40,273 bases of DNA, taken from an uncultured bacterium (GTDB taxonomy: Bacteria > Krumholzibacteriota > Krumholzibacteriia > WVZY01). The stretch covers positions 1 to 40,273 of the forward strand of contig CAZYCB010000148.1 in assembly GCA_964645735.1 (NCBI GenBank), in the 5' to 3' direction. The notes under the pieces are model-generated. The model was not told the DNA's origin. It made no database searches and was given only the letters and a program-made list of their open reading frames with translations. Positions 1 through 8,251 of the stretch are shown here, piece by piece. Both the position numbers and the translations under genes were made by a program. Position 1 is the first letter of the stretch, and every line of letters starts with the position of its first letter.

Positions 1-1724
1 CTCGTTTCGGTGAAGGTGAGATCCGCCGTCATGGACTGCGGACCCATTTGAAACGCTCTCTTGAACGAGATCGGCGACAAGTCGGACGCCTTGAACACCG
101 CCGTCTCCGAAAGCGTCAGCATTCCGCTCAGATTGGACGACACCTGGAAGATGTCCTCCCCACCCTCTTTCTTCTTTTCGAGCGTCATGATCCAATCTCC
201 GAGCGGCATCGTTTGCACGCTCAGCGCGTACGTTGCCTTCATGCTCTTGAGCCGCGATGTGTCGTACTGGTAATCCGCAGGCGTCACGGCGAGGGACTCG
301 TACGCGAGCGGCTTGCCCTCGATGCTGAAGAGCTCCACAGGAGCGATCTTGCTCATTTTTTCGTACGTCTGGAGCGCGTCTCCGACGAGCACGATGTACG
401 TCCGGTCGGGATGGAGATACTCGCCCATCACGCGGGAGACATCGGCAATCTGGACGGCTTCCAGTTTGTCGCGATAGGTCTCCAGGTCCTTTTTCGTTCC
501 GCCGAGCATCTTGTTGTCCACGACTTTCTCGGCGATCTGATCGGGCGTTTCGATCTGGATGGGGAAGTTGCCGACGAGATACGATTTCGCGTTCGCGAGA
601 TCTTCGTCCGCGACAGGCTCGGTCTTTATCCGCTCGATCTCCTTCATGAACTCGGTCACGGCGCTATCGGTGACTTCGGTGCGGACCGCCGCGTGGGCCT
701 GGAACGTTCCCAAGTCTTTTTCGCGCGCCCACGAGCTGTAGGCACCGTACGTCCAGCCCTTCGCCTCGCGCAGGTTCATGAAAAGGCGCGCATCCGATCC
801 GCCGCCGAGGACGCGGTTTGCCACGTTCACCGCGGGCCAATCCGGGTTGTCCGGCTTGATACCGAGGTGGCCGATGAAGATCTCGGTTTGTACCGCACCC
901 GGCCGGTGGTAGAGATAGATCTTCGTTTTGGCAAGCTCGGGGGGATTCGTCATAACCGCTTTGTCCGGAATTCCCGGCTGGAGAGCGCCGAAGTACTTCT
1001 CCATCGCCTTGCGCACCCCGTCTGGCTTCACGTCGCCTACGACCGCGCAGAGCGCGTTATTGGCCACATAGTTCTTCTGGTAGAAGGCGACCACGTCGTC
1101 GCGGGTAACGGCCTTCACCGACTCGACCGTCGGATTCTTGCCGTACGGATGATCGCCGTAGACCACTTCGGAGAAATGGCGGCGGGCCATCGCGTTCGGG
1201 TCCGAAAGCTCGAGTTCGAGAGCGGTCTTCGTCCGCTCGCGGGAGGTCTCGAGTTCGTCCCCGGGGTACGTAGGATTCATCGTCACGTCTTGAAGGTATT
1301 GGTACGCGACATCGATGTAGTCGCTCAGGACGGTCACCGTAATCGCCGAGAAATCCGACGAAGAGAACGAATTCGCGGAGCCGCCGACGGATTCGATCCA
1401 CTCGGCGAGCTGCAGAGCCGACTTCGTCTTCGTCCCTTTGTTGAGCTGGTCGATGGCGAACGACGCGAGTGACTCTTTTCCCTTGGGATCGACCGCGCTG
1501 CCGGCGTTGAACACGAGATATATCGTCACCACGGGCTGCTCGTGCTGCTCGACCACGACGACGTCCATCCCGTTCTTCAGAGCGAACTCCTTGTAGCCCG
1601 GGAAGGCCATCTTCTTGATCTTCTCCGGCGGCGGGGGCGTCTCCTTGGCGAACGCCGCCGCGGCAAGCGACAGGACGGCGAGCGCCAGAACGAGCCCCAG
1701 AACATTGTTGAACTGCCGTTTCAT
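1..1724 (-). CDS. M16-family peptidase-like protein, probable non-catalytic partner; the 3' end runs off the window (more than 574 codons open)
   Basis: Hand translation of the minus strand from ATG at 1724 (AAGGAG 7 nt upstream) gives MKRQFNNVLGLVLALAVLSLAAAAFAKE..., a signal peptide. An M16 N-domain-like region follows (FPGYKEFALKNGMDVVVVEQHEQPVVTIYLVFNAGS). It carries SFAIDQLNKGT where HxxEH would sit. I checked bases 3-300 codon by codon and found no stop, and the ORF is missing from the track, consistent with it running off the window. Confidence 0.75.
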   Translation of the reverse strand, partial: MKRQFNNVLGLVLALAVLSLAAAAFAKETPPPPEKIKKMAFPGYKEFALKNGMDVVVVEQHEQPVVTIYLVFNAGSAVDPKGKESLASFAIDQLNKGTKTKSALQLAEWIESVGGSANSFSSSDFSAITVTVLSDYIDVAYQYLQDVTMNPTYPGDELETSRERTKTALELELSDPNAMARRHFSEVVYGDHPYGKNPTVESVKAVTRDDVVAFYQKNYVANNALCAVVGDVKPDGVRKAMEKYFGALQPGIPDKAVMTNPPELAKTKIYLYHRPGAVQTEIFIGHLGIKPDNPDWPAVNVANRVLGGGSDARLFMNLREAKGWTYGAYSSWAREKDLGTFQAHAAVRTEVTDSAVTEFMKEIERIKTEPVADEDLANAKSYLVGNFPIQIETPDQIAEKVVDNKMLGGTKKDLETYRDKLEAVQIADVSRVMGEYLHPDRTYIVLVGDALQTYEKMSKIAPVELFSIEGKPLAYESLAVTPADYQYDTSRLKSMKATYALSVQTMPLGDWIMTLEKKKEGGEDIFQVSSNLSGMLTLSETAVFKASDLSPISFKRAFQMGPQSMTADLTFTET

Positions 1725-1791
1725 TATCTTTCTCCTTCTGAGATACCGATCGACTTCGACGCTTCAGAAGCGTCGCGCGGACATCGTTTCC

Positions 1792-3132
1792 CTATCCTTT
1801 GTGAGACGCGGGCTCCGCGATCACGACCGTGCGGTTGTTCTCCACGAAATACTTGTTCGCAACCCGGATGATGTCGTCTCGAGTCACGCCCATGTACCGT
1901 TCCACATCGCTATTCATGTTGGCGAGGTCGCGATCGAAATACACGTAGTCGTGGATTGTCTCCGCTTTGCCGAGAACCGTCTCCCGTTCTCTGACGAAGC
2001 CCGATTTGAACTGGATCTTCGCCTTCTCGAGCTCCTTCTCGTCGATACCTTCCTTTTTCACTTTCTCGATCTCATCGAGCATCAGGCTCTCGCATTTGCC
2101 GATGTCCACGCCGACGTTGGACGCCGCAATGAATCTGAAGAGCCCCGGGCCCCTGCGCACATCCGTGCCTCCGAAAACGATGACGGCCGCTTTTTCCTCT
2201 TTGACGAGGCGGTTGTACATGCGGCTCGATTCGCCGTCCGTGAGGATCTTGCCGAGGAGTTCGAGGGCCGGCATGTCATTGTCGAAACAATTGGGGATCG
2301 TATAGGTCATGAAAACGGCCGGCACGTTGGCGTTCTTGTCCTGGATGACGGCGCGGCGCTCAGCCGTGTGGAGCGGTTCGTCGCCGGTGAGCGGTTTGAT
2401 CTCGGCGCCCCGCGGAATGCCGCCGAAGTATTGCTCCACCATTTTCATCGTCTTGCCCGGCTCGATGTCCCCGACGACGACGAGGACGGCGTTGTTCGGA
2501 CGGTAGTAGCTGTCGTAAAACGCCTTTGCGTCGTCCACCGTTCCGTTGTCGAGATCGACCATGCGGCCGATCACTGTGTGCTGGTAGGGTTTGAAATCGT
2601 ACGACAGCGTATCCGAGGCCAGAAACGCGTTCCCGTACGGCTGGTTATCGATCCGCTGCCGCCTCTCCTCTTTCACGACACTCCGTTGATTCTCGAAGTT
2701 CTCGGACGTGACGGCGAGCGACCGCATGCGGTCGGCTTCGAGCCAGAGCCCCAGGTTGAGCCGGTTCGCGGGGAGCACTTCGAAGTAATTCGTCCTGTCC
2801 TGCGTCGTCGAGCCGTTGTTGTTTCCTCCCGCTCGCTGCACGAGCTTGGAGTGTTCGGCTTTGCCCACGTTCTCCGATCCCTGGAACATCAGGTGCTCGA
2901 AGAGATGAGCGAAGCCGCTCTTGCCTTCCTGTTCGTAGGCGCTTCCCACGTGGTACCAGACGTCGACGGCGACGACGGGCACCGAGTGGTCCTCGGAGAG
3001 GATCACGCGGAGTCCGTTCTTCAGCACGTACTCCTTGTAGTCGATGGTGCCGGGCTTCACTCCCGCCGCGGCGACGAGAAACACGAATACTCCCAGGGTC
3101 GCCAGGCAACCCGTGAAGAATACCCTTTTCAT
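1792..3132 (-). CDS. M16 (pitrilysin/insulinase) family zinc peptidase, catalytic subunit
   Basis: This is the track ORF 1792..3225, trimmed to the internal ATG at 3132 (MKRVFFTGCLATLGVFVFLVAAAG signal peptide, GGGAGG SD upstream). It has the inverted zinc motif HLFEHLMFQGS (HxxEH) and typical M16 N- and C-domains. Confidence 0.9.
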   Translation of the reverse strand: MKRVFFTGCLATLGVFVFLVAAAGVKPGTIDYKEYVLKNGLRVILSEDHSVPVVAVDVWYHVGSAYEQEGKSGFAHLFEHLMFQGSENVGKAEHSKLVQRAGGNNNGSTTQDRTNYFEVLPANRLNLGLWLEADRMRSLAVTSENFENQRSVVKEERRQRIDNQPYGNAFLASDTLSYDFKPYQHTVIGRMVDLDNGTVDDAKAFYDSYYRPNNAVLVVVGDIEPGKTMKMVEQYFGGIPRGAEIKPLTGDEPLHTAERRAVIQDKNANVPAVFMTYTIPNCFDNDMPALELLGKILTDGESSRMYNRLVKEEKAAVIVFGGTDVRRGPGLFRFIAASNVGVDIGKCESLMLDEIEKVKKEGIDEKELEKAKIQFKSGFVRERETVLGKAETIHDYVYFDRDLANMNSDVERYMGVTRDDIIRVANKYFVENNRTVVIAEPASHKG

Positions 3133-3300
3133 AAGACCTCCCTTTTTTGACAGAGAAAACGAGGGACCGATGGAAGTTGTCTTCGGGATTTCGCAAAGCA
3201 TCGCCGAAACCTGCCCTTCTGTCAAGTGGACGGGAACGGAAGGGCGCGGGCGGCAAGGCGTTCTTGTGGGAGCGGCCGTTTTCGACTATCCTCCCGCCTG

Positions 3301-4764
3301 ATGGCGACACACGGGACAGAGCGAACCGTCGCGTTTATCTTCGAAGGCCGGACCCTTCGCGGCATCGAAGGCGAGCCTGTGGCGAAGGCGCTTTTCGCCG
3401 CGGGAGTTCGCACGCTCTCCCGCAGCGTCAAGTACGGCCGCCCCCGCGGCATCTTCTGCGCGCGCGGACGGTGCGTCGCCTGCCACATGTCGATAGACGG
3501 CGTTCCCGGCGTTCCCACGTGCATCACCCCTCTGCGCTCCGGAATGAAAATCGAGAGGGAGGGTTACGCGCCGTTCTATGGCCCCGTCGCCGCCGCTTTC
3601 GTTCGCCTCATCCCTCTCCCCGCGGGCTTTTATTACAGAATGTTCACGCGGCCGGCGTGGATTCGGAAGATCTTCCTCGGGCGTCTCCGACGAATGGCGG
3701 GTGTCGGCCGTCTCCCGCTCGAAGGGGCGGCTGCTCCGGCAGCTGGCGCATCGGGACGCGCCACCCCACTCGCGTTCAAGGACGCTTACGACGTCATCGT
3801 CGTGGGGAGCGGATTGTCCGGGATGTCCGCCGCGCTCTCCGCGGCCCACCACGGGGCGAATGTTCTCGTCGTCGACGAGGGCGGTATTCCCGGCGGCCAT
3901 TCGATCGGGCATCAGGCCGACGCCGAACTCGCGTCGGCGCGCGGTCAACTCCTCGAGAAAATCGACGAGCACATGTCCATCGAGCACCGTCTTCACGTCG
4001 TCGCCCAGGCGTTCTATCCGCCGAACACGCTCCTCCTCGGTCCAGGCTCCACGCGGCTCGCTGCCGGCACGAAAGCTCGACCGGGGAGCGTGCCCCCTTC
4101 GGGAATGAAGCGCGTTCGCGGGCGGAGTTTCGTTTTCGCACCCGGCGCGAACGATGTCGTTCCCCTTTTCGAGAATAACGACACGCCGGGCATATTCGGA
4201 GAACGGGCGATCCGCCTCCTTCTCGAACGCGACGCGTGGAGGCCGGGAAAGAGAGCCGTGGTCTACGGCGCGGGAGAAGCGCTTCACGACGCCGTCGGGC
4301 TTCTGCTCCATCACGGCATCGAAGTCGCGGCGATCGTGGATCCCACGGATGCGAAAACGGAGTCTCGACATCACGGAGCGCCCGGCGGCATTCGTGAGTT
4401 CGCGCATGCGAAGATCGTCGCGGCCAACGGGGGCGAATGGCTCCGCGCCGTCGAGGGGACGTATGCAGGAAGCCGCGAGAAATTCTCGCTCGCGTGCGAC
4501 CTTCTGTGCATCGCGCTCCCCGGACAGCCCGCATACGAGCTCCCCAGCCAGGCGGGTTTCGAGTACACGCTCTCCGAGTCGCCGCTCGAGGAGTTTCAGG
4601 TCATGCGTCCCGTCGCGCGTTCGAGAGCGACGCGCTCGGATGCCGGAGGCGAAACGATATCGTTCTTTTTAGTCGGAGAAGCGTCGGGCGAGCGCGACTG
4701 GAAAAAGAAAATCGAGGACGGCAGAAACACGGGCGCCGAGGCCGCCCGGGAGTCGAAAGCGTAG
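3301..4764 (+). CDS. Fusion of a 2Fe-2S domain (HcnA / sarcosine oxidase alpha N-terminus-like) with an FAD/NAD(P)-binding oxidoreductase (HcnB/OoxA-like)
   Basis: The start is set at ATG 3301 (MATHGTERTVAFIFEGRTLRGIEGEPVAKALFAAG...), because the upstream part of the track ORF is Arg-rich junk. A Cys cluster CARGRCVACH...TC is followed by the dinucleotide fold YDVIVVGSGLSGMSAALSAA. A second Rossmann-like segment reads AVVYGAGEALHDAVGLLLHHG. Confidence 0.8.
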   Translation: MATHGTERTVAFIFEGRTLRGIEGEPVAKALFAAGVRTLSRSVKYGRPRGIFCARGRCVACHMSIDGVPGVPTCITPLRSGMKIEREGYAPFYGPVAAAFVRLIPLPAGFYYRMFTRPAWIRKIFLGRLRRMAGVGRLPLEGAAAPAAGASGRATPLAFKDAYDVIVVGSGLSGMSAALSAAHHGANVLVVDEGGIPGGHSIGHQADAELASARGQLLEKIDEHMSIEHRLHVVAQAFYPPNTLLLGPGSTRLAAGTKARPGSVPPSGMKRVRGRSFVFAPGANDVVPLFENNDTPGIFGERAIRLLLERDAWRPGKRAVVYGAGEALHDAVGLLLHHGIEVAAIVDPTDAKTESRHHGAPGGIREFAHAKIVAANGGEWLRAVEGTYAGSREKFSLACDLLCIALPGQPAYELPSQAGFEYTLSESPLEEFQVMRPVARSRATRSDAGGETISFFLVGEASGERDWKKKIEDGRNTGAEAARESKA

Positions 4765-4791
4765 CCGCGGCGCGGAAGGCAGAAGGGGATC

Positions 4792-5133
4792 ATGGGAAAG
4801 ACGATCCTGTGTCATTGTGAAGATGTCGCCGTCGAAGAGGTCTATTCGGCACTCGAACAGGGGTTCGGCGATCTCGAGACCTTGAGACGGTACACGGGGA
4901 TCGGAACGGGCAAGTGCCAGGGGAAATGCTGCCTCGTCCAGACGCTCCGAATCCTGGCGTCGATCGCTCGGGCGCACGCTGCACAGACGAGACCTCTCAG
5001 CGGCAATCCGCTGTCGATCCGACTCCCCACCATACGCCCCCCCGTCCTTCCGCTCCGTGTCGCCGACATCATCGAAGCTGAGGCGAGCGCCGGCGCCCAC
5101 AGCGGGCCTGCAGCAGACGAGGAGAAGCCGTGA
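4792..5133 (+). CDS. BFD-like [2Fe-2S]-binding small subunit
   Basis: MGKTILCHCEDVAVEEV...GIGTGKCQGKCC shows the CxC...CxxxC(C) pattern of BFD-like 2Fe-2S domains. GAAGGGGA lies upstream. The stop codon overlaps the next gene's start (GTGA). Confidence 0.75.
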   Translation: MGKTILCHCEDVAVEEVYSALEQGFGDLETLRRYTGIGTGKCQGKCCLVQTLRILASIARAHAAQTRPLSGNPLSIRLPTIRPPVLPLRVADIIEAEASAGAHSGPAADEEKP

Positions 5134-6275
5134 CGAGAGATGCCGACGTCCTCGTCATCGGCGGCGGCGTGAACGGCCTCGGCTGCGCGTACAACCTCGC
5201 CCGGCGGGGCGTCGAGAACATCGTCGTCATCGAGAAAGGCTACATCGGCGCGGGGGCCACCGGCCGGTGCGGCGCGGGAGTCCGCGCGCTCTGGGGCTTG
5301 GAAGAAAACATCATACTCTCCCGCGAGAGCGTGAAGATCTACGAAAAGCTCTCCGGCGAGCTCGGATTCAACATCTTCTTCCGCCAGGGCGGATACCTCA
5401 TGCTCGTCTTCGACGAGCGCGAGCGCGACCTCGTCGCGAAAACGATTCCCGTACAGAACAAGCTCGGCGTTCCCACGCGTTTTCTCGAAGGCCGCGAGAT
5501 TTCCGAACTCGTCCCGGGACTGAACCTCGACGGCGTTCTCGCCGCGGCCTACTGCCCGAAGGGCGGGATCGCTTATCCGTACGCGGTCCTCTGGGGGTAC
5601 GCCGAGGCGCTGAGGCGCCTTGGTGTCGAAATCAGGGTTCACACGAGCGTGAGGGGCGTTTTGCGGCGGAACGACGGGACGTACGGAGTGTCGACGGACA
5701 AGGGAGATTTCGTCGCGCCCACGATCGTGAACGTCGCCGGAGCGAGGACGAAAGACATCGCCGCCATGATCGGCATCGACATCCCGACGAAACCCGTCCG
5801 TCACGAGATCGCCGTGACGGAATCGCTCAAACCTTTCCTCAAACCCATGGTGATCTCGCTCAAAAAGGGATACTACTTTTCGCAAAGTCTCCGCGGCGAA
5901 ATCGTCGGCGGCGTCGGCGATCCCGACGAGCCGTCGTCGTACGAGACGGGCTCGTCGAGCGATTTCCTCTTCCGATATGCGCGTGCGCTTCGCGAAACGT
6001 TCCCGCCTCTCGCGAACGCCCGCATCATCCGTCAGTGGGCGGGGCTCTACGACATGTCGCCCGACGCGCGCCCCATTCTCGGCACCGTTGAAGGATACAA
6101 AGGGTACTATCACGCGTGCGGCTTCAGCGGACACGGCTTCATGATTAGCCCGATGATCACGAAGCTCCTCGCCGAACTCATCACCACGGGAAAAACGTCG
6201 ATGCCGATCGACACGCTCGATCTCGCGCGGTTCGCGAAGGGGCCGTTGACCAGGGACCCGTACGTCGTGGGGTGA
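5130..6275 (+). CDS. FAD-dependent oxidoreductase, DAO family (SoxB / HcnC / proline dehydrogenase beta-like)
   Basis: GTG start at 5130 with GAGGAG upstream. The N-terminal FAD fold is DVLVIGGGVNGLGCAYNLARRG...VIEKG. The protein is DAO-like along its length and ends ...HACGFSGHGFMISP. Confidence 0.9.
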   Translation: MTRDADVLVIGGGVNGLGCAYNLARRGVENIVVIEKGYIGAGATGRCGAGVRALWGLEENIILSRESVKIYEKLSGELGFNIFFRQGGYLMLVFDERERDLVAKTIPVQNKLGVPTRFLEGREISELVPGLNLDGVLAAAYCPKGGIAYPYAVLWGYAEALRRLGVEIRVHTSVRGVLRRNDGTYGVSTDKGDFVAPTIVNVAGARTKDIAAMIGIDIPTKPVRHEIAVTESLKPFLKPMVISLKKGYYFSQSLRGEIVGGVGDPDEPSSYETGSSSDFLFRYARALRETFPPLANARIIRQWAGLYDMSPDARPILGTVEGYKGYYHACGFSGHGFMISPMITKLLAELITTGKTSMPIDTLDLARFAKGPLTRDPYVVG

Positions 6276-6497
6276 AGCGTCACTTTCTCTTCAACACGTA
6301 GATCGTCCAGGGAGCGAATTTCGTTTCGTTCACCCATGCGTACGGCTCGTCGACTTTCGCGAGCGGCTTCTGCGTCTCTACCAGCGTCAATCCCGCTCGC
6401 GAATAGACCCTTCTTCGCGCAGGAGCTTCGCGAGTTCGCCGAGGAGCTTGACCTTGCGCTCCATCGAAAGGAATGGTTCTTTCCTGCCGCCCTCGCG

Positions 6498-7403
6498 TCA
6501 AATAATCATCGACAGGTTCCGGCAGATCTGGTCGTACGGCTCGTTGATCTCCAGACTCTTCCATTTGGCCGCCGTCTCGGGCGGAAGCTCGTCGAACGGC
6601 GCGCGCCGGATCATCAGGTCGGTCTCGCTCTCTGTGAACTCGACACGGTCCTGGAACCAGTTCACATACGCTTTGTTCTCCGGGCAGACCGTCTGGCATC
6701 GCATGCAGCCGACCAGGCAGTGGTGCCAGGACGGGTCGATCCATTCCGGGAAATCATCGGCGGCCTCGTTGTGATACGTGAGGCAGCGCTCCGCGCGAAT
6801 CAAGAACCTGTCGGTCGTGATCGCCCCCGTCGGACACCGCTTCACGCAGGCGACGCACGACTCGCAGCGGTCGAGCGCTTTCGGTTCCCTCCACGGGTCG
6901 CCTTCGCAGGGCAGATTCGAAAGAGCGCCTACGAGCTGATGGAAGCTCCCCATGCCGGCGACGTAGGTGATGTTGTTCCGCCCGCATTCGGCCAGGCCGC
7001 TTCCCACAGCGAGCGTCCTCAAGGGGAGCCGCGGCTTCGCCAGAAGATAGCCATCGCCCTCGAGCCATGCGGCGAGTTCGGTCTGGACGCTCTCCGTTCG
7101 CGGTGTGAAGCTGACGTAGGTCGGGGGAATGACGACGGGAACCGCTCGGCCGCGCGAATGGAAAACCACGCGCATCTGAGGCGTGGGAACGGCAACGATG
7201 ATGATCGAGCGCGCGCCCGGAAGGTCCGCCGGGGGATCGTAGGAAAAAGAATTCAGCTGACCGCGGTAGAGCGTCTCATCGAGGAGTCCGCCGTCGAGGC
7301 GGCCGCCGATCGCCTCCCGCAGATCCGCGAGGTGCGCGATCGGGACAATTCGGCCTTTCCAGCCGCGGTGTTCGATGTGCGCGATGAGTCTTTCGGCTTT
7401 CAT
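6498..7403 (-). CDS. QueG-like (epoxyqueuosine reductase-related) 4Fe-4S double-cluster protein
   Basis: Two ferredoxin-type Cys motifs are present: CESCVACVKRCP and CLVGCMRCQTVCP. The overall layout resembles the short QueG/reductive-dehalogenase-related family. The substrate cannot be assigned. Confidence 0.7.
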   Translation of the reverse strand: MKAERLIAHIEHRGWKGRIVPIAHLADLREAIGGRLDGGLLDETLYRGQLNSFSYDPPADLPGARSIIIVAVPTPQMRVVFHSRGRAVPVVIPPTYVSFTPRTESVQTELAAWLEGDGYLLAKPRLPLRTLAVGSGLAECGRNNITYVAGMGSFHQLVGALSNLPCEGDPWREPKALDRCESCVACVKRCPTGAITTDRFLIRAERCLTYHNEAADDFPEWIDPSWHHCLVGCMRCQTVCPENKAYVNWFQDRVEFTESETDLMIRRAPFDELPPETAAKWKSLEINEPYDQICRNLSMII

Positions 7404-7563
7404 ACGTCGCAGTCGCGGAAGGCTATGATTGATGTCCGCAGTGCTTCCGGTCCACAGGCTTCATCCGCGCGAGACTACACGCAGGGATACTTGACACAAG
7501 CTCTTGAAGTAGGTGTTGAAAAGTTCGTTCTTGTTCATCTAGCGCGCTTGCACGCAGCGCCAT

Positions 7564-7893
7564 CTAGCGTGCGAACATTTCCTGCAAGACTGCCAGAACT
7601 CGATCCCCGGCCCGCGGATCGATTCGCCCAAGCTTCTTGAAGAGACGACCTTTGTCGATCGTCCTGATCTGATCCAACACCACCTGCCCCGACCTGCGCT
7701 TGAATCGGCACTCCACTCGAGTCGGGTACGCATGCTCTTTCGTGGTCATCGGGGCGACGATGACGGTCCGAACGTGGTGGTTCAGCTCGTCGGGCGATAT
7801 CACAACGCACGGCCGCTTTTTGCGGATCTCGCTCCCTATCGTCGGGTCGAGATTCACAAGATAGACCTCGAATCGATTCACTTCCACTCCCAC
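7564..7893 (-). CDS. mazF: MazF/PemK-family type II toxin (mRNA interferase)
   Basis: ...NRFEVYLVNLDPTIGSEIRKKRPCVVISPDELN...VIVAPMTT is the classic PemK/MazF core. The start is ambiguous. In-frame GTGs lie at 7893, 7887 (best SD spacing to AGGAGG) and 7881 (GTGA overlap with the mazE stop). Confidence 0.9.
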   Translation of the reverse strand: MGVEVNRFEVYLVNLDPTIGSEIRKKRPCVVISPDELNHHVRTVIVAPMTTKEHAYPTRVECRFKRRSGQVVLDQIRTIDKGRLFKKLGRIDPRAGDRVLAVLQEMFAR

Positions 7894-8135
7894 TCCTCCT
7901 CATCCCATCGGCTGCCGTTCATCACATCGCCGTCCAACAGAGCGTCGTCGCCGCGCAGTGCCATTCGACGAAACGCATCCGCCCAACCGGCTCTTGGCCG
8001 CGACGGCGACGTAATGATCAACCGATTCTCTTCCACGTCCAACTCGACCTCATCCTTGATGCCCGCCTGGAGGATGAGAGACTTGGGAATTCGAATCCCC
8101 CGTGAGTTCCCGATCTTGACGATTCGCGCTTTCAC
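7878..8135 (-). CDS. mazE: MazE / AbrB-SpoVT-family antitoxin
   Basis: MKARIVKIGNSRGIRIPKSLILQAGI is the SpoVT-AbrB swapped-hairpin signature. It has an acidic, Trp-rich C-terminus (WDEEEWEWK). GTG start with GGAGGTGATC upstream. It overlaps the mazF start region. Confidence 0.85.
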   Translation of the reverse strand: MKARIVKIGNSRGIRIPKSLILQAGIKDEVELDVEENRLIITSPSRPRAGWADAFRRMALRGDDALLDGDVMNGSRWDEEEWEWK

Positions 8136-8154
8136 CAGAGATCACCTCCGTACT

Positions 8155-8186
8155 CACATTGTGATCACATCGGTTCGAAAAGTCAA
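8155..8186 (-). promoter_or_regulatory. Putative autoregulated mazEF promoter/operator
   Basis: On the minus strand: TTGACT (plus coordinates 8181-8186), a 17-nt spacer, then CACAAT. The perfect 10-bp palindrome TGTGATCACA (8160-8169) overlaps the -10 region. This arrangement is typical of TA autoregulation. Confidence 0.4.
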
Positions 8187-8251
8187 GCTCTCTCTTCCTC
8201 GTCCGGCGGGTCCGGCCCCACCGGAGCCCCGCGGTGTACTCCACCTTCGAA

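Noticed and set aside
48-3150. Plus-strand ORFs 48..1472 (474 aa) and 1615..3150 (511 aa)
   Set aside because: They mirror the two minus-strand M16 peptidase genes. They have no recognisable domains and an antisense-type composition.
3226-3300. Upstream GTG start for the Hcn-like fusion gene
   Set aside because: It would add 25 Arg-rich residues (MDGNGRARAARRSCGSGRFRLSSRL) with no homology logic. ATG 3301 begins the conserved 2Fe-2S domain directly.
3147-4178. Arg/Pro/Ser-rich alternative-frame ORFs, for example 3147..4178, 5057..6091, 16073..17179 and 37855..39144
   Set aside because: They are out-of-frame overlaps of real genes on the same strand, with extreme Arg content and no domain features.
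4842-6134. 430-aa minus ORF, together with the similar long shadow ORFs at 31520..33250, 33279..34175, 34215..35429, 37403..38338, 12123..13160, 13218..14870 and 21530..22777
   Set aside because: Each lies opposite a gene with strong homology signatures. All are GC-rich antisense artefacts.
7461-7538. 25-codon minus-strand ORF (MNKNELFNTYFKSLCQVSLRVVSRG) in the AT-richer spacer downstream of mazF
   Set aside because: It is too short, I see no SD, and it matches no recognisable family. It may be debris from the mazEF insertion, but this is not supportable as a gene.
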